Source of the DNA: Acidimicrobiales bacterium
GTDB lineage: Bacteria > Actinomycetota > Acidimicrobiia > Acidimicrobiales > DATDAH01
Length of the DNA: 64,000 nucleotides
Assembly: GCA_044221555.1 (NCBI GenBank)
Contig: JBGAOY010000003.1
Coordinates: 282,241 to 346,240 of the forward strand
Reading direction: 5' to 3'
Shown here: piece by piece, positions 57,463 to 64,000 of the stretch
Numbering within the stretch: the first letter of the stretch is position 1
How the letters are laid out: every line of letters starts with the position of its first letter
The notes under the pieces: generated by a model
Database searches by the model: none
The model's input: only the letters and a program-made list of their open reading frames with translations
Told to the model about the DNA's origin: nothing
Made by a program: the position numbers and the translations under genes

Positions 57463-60400
57463 GTGCGGCCACTGAGGAGGAGTCGAGTCCGCATGGCGAT
57501 GGTGGTCTGCGTCGGTGCCGTTGGCTCACTTGTGGTGGTCCCGGTGGTGTCGGCTGAAGAGGATGTCTGTCCTGACGGGTACGAGTCGTTGCCCACCCCC
57601 GTTGACGCCGAAACGCCGTTGGGGCCTGCGGATCTAGATGGCGTCGATCTCTCGTGCGCCGATCTCGGGGGGCAGACCATCGCTGGTCTCGATCGGCTCG
57701 GAGGTGACCTCCGGGGGTTTTCGGCTGGCGGCGGAACGGTGTCGGCGACGCGGATCGACAGCGCGGATCTGACGGGTGCGGACCTGAGGGGCGCCGCGCT
57801 CGTCGGACTGGTTGCCCCGTTCGCCACGGTCGACGACGTCGACTTCTCGTCCGCGTCCGTGCAGGACTCGGTGTTCGACGAGGTCGACTTCACCAGCGCA
57901 GCCTCGTTGGAGGGCGTGCAGTTCGTGCGGGCGTCGCTGCGGAGCGCCTCGTTCGCTGGCCTTGATCTCACGGAGGCGGTGCTCCGGGTCTCCGACTTGA
58001 CCATGGCGGATCTGTCGGAGACGCGACTCATCGAAGCGTCGCTGTCCCAGGCCCGGCTCGAGCGCACTGACCTGGAGGGTGCGGCGCTGGACCGGGCTGC
58101 ACTTGACGGGGCACGACTGTGGGGCGCGTCGCTGGAGGAGGCGTCACTCGTCGGTGCCGATGTGCGCGGTGCTGAGTTCGGCGCCGCCGACCTGACCGGG
58201 GCGGATCTCCGTCGAACGGACCTGCGGGGCGCTGATCTACAGGGCGCCACCCTGGACGACGTCGTGTGGGCCGGGGCTCGCTGCCCCGACGGCGAGCGAG
58301 CCGGTGGTGACGCTGCGACGGCGTCGTGCATGGACCACCTCGCTCCGCTCCGGACGGTTCCCGAGACGGCTGAGGACAACGAGACGGACATTCCGCTGCT
58401 CCCGGGCGCGGCGACGGGCCCTCCCGAGGTGGTGGCCGTGCTCGATCAGTCCACCTCGATGGGTCTGCCAAGCGGTGGAGTCGGAACGCGGCTCGACGCG
58501 GCCAAGCAGTCGGTCAGCCAGTTGCTCGACGTGCTCGTCCCCCGGCAGACGGCCCTCGGCTTCGTCAGCTACGGCGGGATTGGCCATGAGTGTTCCGTCG
58601 CCCACAGCATCGGGATCTCGCCGCTCGATGCAACGTCGGCCGGGCAGATCCGCTCGACGGTGAACGGCATCACCATCGACCCCGACGACGTCCCAGACTC
58701 CGCGTCGACGACGGGAACGAGGGGGACGCCGACGGCTGCGGCGCTCGAACATGGTGCCGGTCTCTTCACGACGTCCGGCGCCCGGACCCTTGTGCTGGTA
58801 TCGGACGGCGAGAGCAACTGCACTGGCGACCCGTGCGACGTGGCCCGCGAGCTGGCAGCGCAGGGCGTGGCCATCACCGTCAACACGGTCGGCTTCCAGG
58901 TGCAGTCCAACGGACGCCAGGAGCTCCAGTGCATCGCGGATGCGACCGGAGGCTCGTACGTCGATGTGAGCAACAGCAGGCAACTCGCAGATCGCCTCCA
59001 GCTCCTGACGGTGGCGACGGCGGATTGGCTGGCGCTCGGTGACTCCTACTCTTCGGGTGAGGGGGCCGAGGACTTCCGCTCGACGCAGCCGACAGCCAAC
59101 TTCTGCCATCGCTCGCTCAACAACAACTGGTCGGCGGTATCGGTCGACATGGTGAACCGGTTGCAGGGGACCAACTGGCGTCGGGTCGACCTGTCGTGTA
59201 GCGGCGCCACGACCACCAACCTCGAAGACCCCCAGACCGACGGCGACGAGCGTCTCAACGACCCTCAGCTCCTCGGCTTCGACCAGCTCTCGCCCCTCGG
59301 TGAGCGGATCGTCACCTTCAGCCTCGGAGGAAATGATTCCGGGTTCGGCGAGGTTCTCGCCGAGTGCGTGATCCATGGCCTGCCCGACGTGCCGGTGGCC
59401 GGCATCTCCACCCCATCGGGCTCGGCGTCGGTGACGCTACAGGACATCGCCCGCGACAAGCTCAATGTGCCCGAGCGACCTGGCGAAACCTGCGTCGACC
59501 TGGACACCTACGACGGCTCCGAGTCCGGCTACCCAGACGTCGGTCGGCACACCGAGGACTACATCCGTGACAGGCTTCCGCAGGTCTTGGCCACGGCGTA
59601 CGACAAGATCCGGCAACGGTGGAGTGAGACGAACCAGCACTGGAGGGACATCCTGGGCGCTCAGCTCGACCACACGCCGGCCACTGTCTACGTCGTCGGC
59701 TACCCGCAGATCTTCCCGGACCAGGACGAGTCGTGCAGCTACGTCCAGCCCGATGACCTCGACTGGATCCGAGCGCGCTTCACTCAGGCCAACGACGTCA
59801 TCGAAGAGGCGGTCGAGGCCGCCAATCAGCGATCGACGGCGGATCCGATGCCCGGTGATCCGATCCGGTTCCAGTTCGTGGACGTCGAAGACACCCTCGC
59901 TGACCATGACCTCTGCGCGCCGGCCGACAACGAGGCACACCACTTCACCGACGGTTCCGCCAACGGTCCGTGGGTGAACGGCATCCGCAAACGGGACATT
60001 CTCGACCGCGTTGAGAGGAAGTACTTCTTCCACCCCAACGCTTGGGGTCACTCCCGCATCTCCGAGGTCCTCACCAACGCCATCACCGGGCGAGAGGAGC
60101 CGGGTGCACCCTCAGCGCTCCCTCCGCCCGTCTACGCCGTGGCCATCAACGGCGCGACCTCGGAGGAGGGCGACGGCCCGATCGAGTTGCAGGCCGGTCA
60201 GACCATCGAGATCGGTTCTCCTGGCCCGTTCCTGCCGGGGAGCACCGTCGTGGTCTCATTCGCGTCGGATCTACGGGACCTCGCCGTCCTCGAAGTGGAC
60301 GACCAAGGAGCATTGCACGGTGAGATCAACATCCCAGAGGCGGATCCTGGGAGCCACGAGCTCATCTTGGTGCCCGAGGGGGTGAACGGCGCAGAGCAGC

Positions 60401-60594
60401 CAGTCGTCGTGGCGCTCACGATCCCTGACAACACCCAAGTGTCGTCTCAAGACTCGACGGGCGACACAAGCGGGGTCTTGGTTTGGCTCGTGATCGGCGT
60501 CTTGGTACTGGTTCTTGCCGGCGCGATCGTTGCCATCGTCGTCGTGCGACGGCGGAGGAGGAGATCTGAAGACATCGTCATAACGCTGCGCTGA
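57463..60594 (+). CDS. Exported pentapeptide-repeat + vWA + SGNH hydrolase protein with C-terminal TM anchor
   Basis: Signal peptide; A(D/S)LxG repeats; DQSTSM MIDAS; GDSYSSG, SCSG, GGND, FHPN. Confidence 0.85.
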   Translation: MRPLRRSRVRMAMVVCVGAVGSLVVVPVVSAEEDVCPDGYESLPTPVDAETPLGPADLDGVDLSCADLGGQTIAGLDRLGGDLRGFSAGGGTVSATRIDSADLTGADLRGAALVGLVAPFATVDDVDFSSASVQDSVFDEVDFTSAASLEGVQFVRASLRSASFAGLDLTEAVLRVSDLTMADLSETRLIEASLSQARLERTDLEGAALDRAALDGARLWGASLEEASLVGADVRGAEFGAADLTGADLRRTDLRGADLQGATLDDVVWAGARCPDGERAGGDAATASCMDHLAPLRTVPETAEDNETDIPLLPGAATGPPEVVAVLDQSTSMGLPSGGVGTRLDAAKQSVSQLLDVLVPRQTALGFVSYGGIGHECSVAHSIGISPLDATSAGQIRSTVNGITIDPDDVPDSASTTGTRGTPTAAALEHGAGLFTTSGARTLVLVSDGESNCTGDPCDVARELAAQGVAITVNTVGFQVQSNGRQELQCIADATGGSYVDVSNSRQLADRLQLLTVATADWLALGDSYSSGEGAEDFRSTQPTANFCHRSLNNNWSAVSVDMVNRLQGTNWRRVDLSCSGATTTNLEDPQTDGDERLNDPQLLGFDQLSPLGERIVTFSLGGNDSGFGEVLAECVIHGLPDVPVAGISTPSGSASVTLQDIARDKLNVPERPGETCVDLDTYDGSESGYPDVGRHTEDYIRDRLPQVLATAYDKIRQRWSETNQHWRDILGAQLDHTPATVYVVGYPQIFPDQDESCSYVQPDDLDWIRARFTQANDVIEEAVEAANQRSTADPMPGDPIRFQFVDVEDTLADHDLCAPADNEAHHFTDGSANGPWVNGIRKRDILDRVERKYFFHPNAWGHSRISEVLTNAITGREEPGAPSALPPPVYAVAINGATSEEGDGPIELQAGQTIEIGSPGPFLPGSTVVVSFASDLRDLAVLEVDDQGALHGEINIPEADPGSHELILVPEGVNGAEQPVVVALTIPDNTQVSSQDSTGDTSGVLVWLVIGVLVLVLAGAIVAIVVVRRRRRRSEDIVITLR

Positions 60595-61071
60595 CCTCGT
60601 GGAGCAGCAGACGGAGCCGAACGGGTGCTCCCGTGCTGTGAATATCTCGATCTGGGAACTCGGTGTCGCTGTCGACTAGGCGCCTGCGGGCAGTAGCTGC
60701 TGTCGGATTCGTTCTGCTCACGGCCGCTGCCTCCGCGAACCAGACGATATGGCGAGATTGCCCGAGAGACTCGACCGGACCACGACCGTCCGAGCGAAAT
60801 GGCACGTCTTGGCCGGTAGGGGAATGGGCACGGATGAGGGCCGCTTACAGAACCACCGTTCCGGGCTGCTGGGGCCCCACCCGACACTTGACGGGTCTAC
60901 GACTGCGGGAGCGATATCACGGGTCGTGCACCGACGGCCCGAGGCGGGTAGGCGGATTCGGGGGCGCTCGCTGTTCGGGCCACGGCACAGTGTGTAACCT
61001 GCACCCATTCTCTGGTACACAAGTGCAAATTGAGACTAGCGAACTGTTGATTCCACGGCGGAGGGCTACAC

Positions 61072-62019
61072 GTGGCTGAGACTGACCTCGAGCGAGATGA
61101 ACTACTTGCCGAACTCTATGGCGAGGACAACTCGGATCTCGAGGTTCTTCAAGAGCGCTGGGATGGTTTGTCTGACGATGCGCAGGACGCGGCCTTGCTC
61201 TTTCTTGCGGCAGCGGTCGAGTCGCAAAGAGATGTCACCTCTGCGTTAGATCTACTCCGTACAAACAACGTTCCTAGCGACGACAGTCTGTTCCAATCAT
61301 CCGCCGAGGTAGAGGCGGCGCAGCAGGCTTCGGGCAGGTTGAGGTCTCGACTTGCGAGGGGGATCGAGCATCTGGCGTCGTGGAACGAGGACTTGCAGCA
61401 TCGTCGTGAGGTCTTGGTGGTCATTCATAAGAGTCAGCGGGGTGCGTTCATTCGCAACGCAGAAGCGATCGAGGAGGCCCAGAGAATCAGCGACCAGAGG
61501 TACCGAGAGCTGACTGATGAACTCCAACGAATGGGTGTCAGCAGCCAGGTGTCGGCGGACGCAGGACGGCAACAGCGACTGCTGGATATTATGCGAATGA
61601 AGGACCTCGAACTAGTCGTGTCCATTGTGAAGGATCTGGATGAGTTGTTCCAAGCACTGCTTGACCATCTAGAGACCCAGCGCCACCTTGTTGGAGCGCT
61701 CATCGTACGCCTGAAGGTCATCAAGTGGATTTTCAAGTTTGAGCGAGAGGTGCTCCGGGTCGGAGTCTCTCTCGCCCTTCTCACGATCGTCGGAGGAGCA
61801 CTGATCGGTTCGGTGGACGGTCTCCCCCTGGTCTTTGGAGTCGTTCTCACCATCGTGATCTGGGCAGCCGGTGAGTATCTGGTCATCCCTCGACTGAACG
61901 CCCTTGTTCGCCGACGTGAGTTGGCCTACGTCGAACGTTCGGCCCACGCCCTTCGCATAGCAACGCAGGCTCAGATGGTTCTACTCCTCACCGCGGTCGG
62001 CATCGGACAGACCTCCTGA
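61072..62019 (+). CDS. Coiled-coil protein with C-terminal TM helices, lower GC
   Basis: 315-aa helical ORF; two TM segments near the C-terminus. Confidence 0.6.
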   Translation: MAETDLERDELLAELYGEDNSDLEVLQERWDGLSDDAQDAALLFLAAAVESQRDVTSALDLLRTNNVPSDDSLFQSSAEVEAAQQASGRLRSRLARGIEHLASWNEDLQHRREVLVVIHKSQRGAFIRNAEAIEEAQRISDQRYRELTDELQRMGVSSQVSADAGRQQRLLDIMRMKDLELVVSIVKDLDELFQALLDHLETQRHLVGALIVRLKVIKWIFKFEREVLRVGVSLALLTIVGGALIGSVDGLPLVFGVVLTIVIWAAGEYLVIPRLNALVRRRELAYVERSAHALRIATQAQMVLLLTAVGIGQTS

Positions 62020-62251
62020 GTTCTGCCGCTCCGGCTACCCCATGTGCGCGAACGATGGCGCTGCCGGACGTGAGGTCGCCAGCGGCCAGCCAGGTGGCCC
62101 GCTAGGTGTAGGCCTCCGCAGCGTCCAGCGCGTGTGCTCCCATGACCTGCGCCGGCGATGGCCGATGACTCTTTACGGAACCCGCGTTCTGGGTCCCACC
62201 CCATCCTTCAATCGGATTGCTGTGGGGTGCCAGGGGCGCAGCTAATCCGCC

Positions 62252-62903
62252 TGTAGGTGCCGAGAAGTCATCGGCGCCACTGGTTGGTGGCCGTCGGCCT
62301 GCTCCATCTCGGTGCGCTCGCCGCGGCTGGTTCGCTGACCTGCGAGTTGCGGTCGCCGCAGTGGCGCGGGTGTCTCCGCTGCCCATGAGGCGTGCTGAGG
62401 AGATCCACCGCTTCGGCGCCGGCTCGCAGCTTGAGCTGCTCGCTGAGCGTTGCGCTGGGTCCTTGCCCTCGCCGAAGCTCATTCCCGCTGGTGCGGTGGT
62501 TCAGGCGGCGGTGCGGCACTCGTTGATGAGCCCGGCGCAGGTGGTGCGCCGCTGGGTCCAGTGGCGGGCGACGAGGCGGCGGGGCCAGCCGATGACGGTG
62601 GCCGGCTGCGCGATGAGGAACACGTCGCGGAGGCGGGAGCGGTCGATTGCAGTGGACAACACCGCGAGGATGGTGCGGTCGGTCTCGGTGAATCTCGGTC
62701 GGTCGACCTGGCGTTGCAGCACGAGGACCTGGTGGCGCAGCGCGAGGATCTCGGCGTCGCTCTCGTGGCCGGCGGCGAACAGCAAACCGAGGCGGCATAG
62801 CACCAGACGAGCGATCGACGGGATGAGGTTCTTGGCGGCGACGACGGTGTCGGTCCCCGCGACCGGTTCGTCCAGCGGTGTTCGTGAGTGAGGTGGGCCG
62901 ACG
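62252..62903 (-). mobile_element. Internally deleted rve-type integrase/transposase element
   Basis: AEILALRHQVLVLQRQ...QPATVIGWPRRLVARHWT joined directly to the C-terminal GLINECRTAA; TGTAGGTGCCGAGAAGTC end. Confidence 0.7.
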
Positions 62904-63302
62904 ACTTCGGCGAGGAGCGCTCGGATCCTGGTCCGTCGCCGCGCGGCGGCATCTGGTTGAAGGCCGCGGGTCAGCGCGGGGAGCGCTGTTCCGCCCGGTC
63001 CGAGCTGTCGCCACAGGAGTGCCCGGAGCCGTCCCAGTGCCGGGCCGGCGTCGAAGGCTGCGAAGGGTTCTCGTAGTCCGACCGTTCGAGTCCGGGGGCC
63101 GGCGCCGAGGAGACCTCCAAGGTCTGCCCGTCCCGCTCCCACGCGGCGAACGTGTGGGCGATGATGCATGGCGAGCTTGATCCTGCGTCCCGGCTGAAGG
63201 CAGACGACGACAGCTGCTTGTGACGCCTCGGTGACGCGCCGCCGGAAGCAGATCGCAGGAGGGACTCCACGTCCGTGTCGTCCCCCAGCAGAGGGACGAG
63301 AC

Positions 63303-63893
63303 TCAGCACTCCTTGATCGTCACCTCGGTGCCGGTCGCATCGGCGATGTCATGCAGGACGCTCAACTCTTCTTCGTTGTGCAGGATGAAGAACCGGCTGC
63401 TCCACGGACCCTCCTCGAGCACCGCCACGCCACCGTCCCCGTAGCTGCGACATGGTTCAGGGAAGTCCGATTCGTTGACCGCTGAGCGTTCGTCGGCCGA
63501 CCGGTAGATGGCGAAATAGACATCCACGCCTTCGACGAGACACTCCAGATCGGCCGTTGGCAGGGCGTACTGCGGGTCGTCGCTGATAGCGCCCTCCCGG
63601 TCGGAGATGTCGATGTCCCCGTCACACGTCATCCCTGCGTCCAGAATCGCCTGCTGAACGTCCTCCAGGGTCTGCGGAGGCGGGCCATTGTCGCCGGCGT
63701 CCTGCGAGCCGGGATCGGTGGCCGATGTGCTCGCCCCGGCATCTGAGGATCCGGCAGCGTCGGGAGCGCTCGATTGAGGGTCAGATGATTCGATGGTGGC
63801 CGCGGCGGAGTCGGCCGCGTCATTTGTGCCACCGGAACCGCATCCCGCCGCCAGGAGCAGGAGGATCGACACCACGCCAAAGGTTCTCGCCAT
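63303..63893 (-). CDS. Hypothetical lipoprotein
   Basis: LAAGC lipobox, Ser/Ala/Asp linker. Confidence 0.7.
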   Translation of the reverse strand: MARTFGVVSILLLLAAGCGSGGTNDAADSAAATIESSDPQSSAPDAAGSSDAGASTSATDPGSQDAGDNGPPPQTLEDVQQAILDAGMTCDGDIDISDREGAISDDPQYALPTADLECLVEGVDVYFAIYRSADERSAVNESDFPEPCRSYGDGGVAVLEEGPWSSRFFILHNEEELSVLHDIADATGTEVTIKEC

Positions 63894-64000
63894 ACCGCGC
63901 GACCGTAGCCGCCCGCGCCCGCACACGCCGTGCCCTCCGCGGCGGTGACGACCCCCTCAACCGTCCGGCGCGCCCGTTCGACGGCGATGTGCGATCAGTT

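Overview
High-GC actinobacterial DNA (gene content suggests Acidimicrobiia; this is an inference). About 1.2-44.7 kb is a dense copper/metal-homeostasis and envelope island: three P1B ATPases, CopZ, two CsoR-family repressors, a multicopper oxidase, two cupredoxins, a CDF, CbtA under a cobalamin riboswitch, CcdA/TlpA, two Lgt-family genes, an ApbE/MsrQ-like pair, an ABC exporter, a stand-alone PBP2 and an NlpC/P60 hydrolase. The intergenic DNA shows three separate operator families: about 15 BlaI-type boxes (TAC[G/T]AC-N5-GT[A/C]GTA), CsoR boxes (TACCC-N5-GGGTA, plus an N4 variant) and about 7 CATCCG-N9-CGGATG boxes near a GAF kinase/NarL pair. The best candidate for an undescribed system is a BlaI plus sensor-less M56 protease regulon that appears to control copper and envelope genes, including an accessory PBP2. 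Also notable: a MerR-adenylate cyclase-YHS fusion, and YHS modules on three different enzymes. About 44.7-64 kb is a mosaic accessory region: an ECF sigma module between direct repeats of an ATPase 3' end, an orphan terminase small/large pair, an HTH-nucleotidyltransferase pair, a pentapeptide-vWA-SGNH surface protein and an internally deleted IS. No tRNA, rRNA or CRISPR array was seen. All calls were made by eye from motifs; no searches were run.
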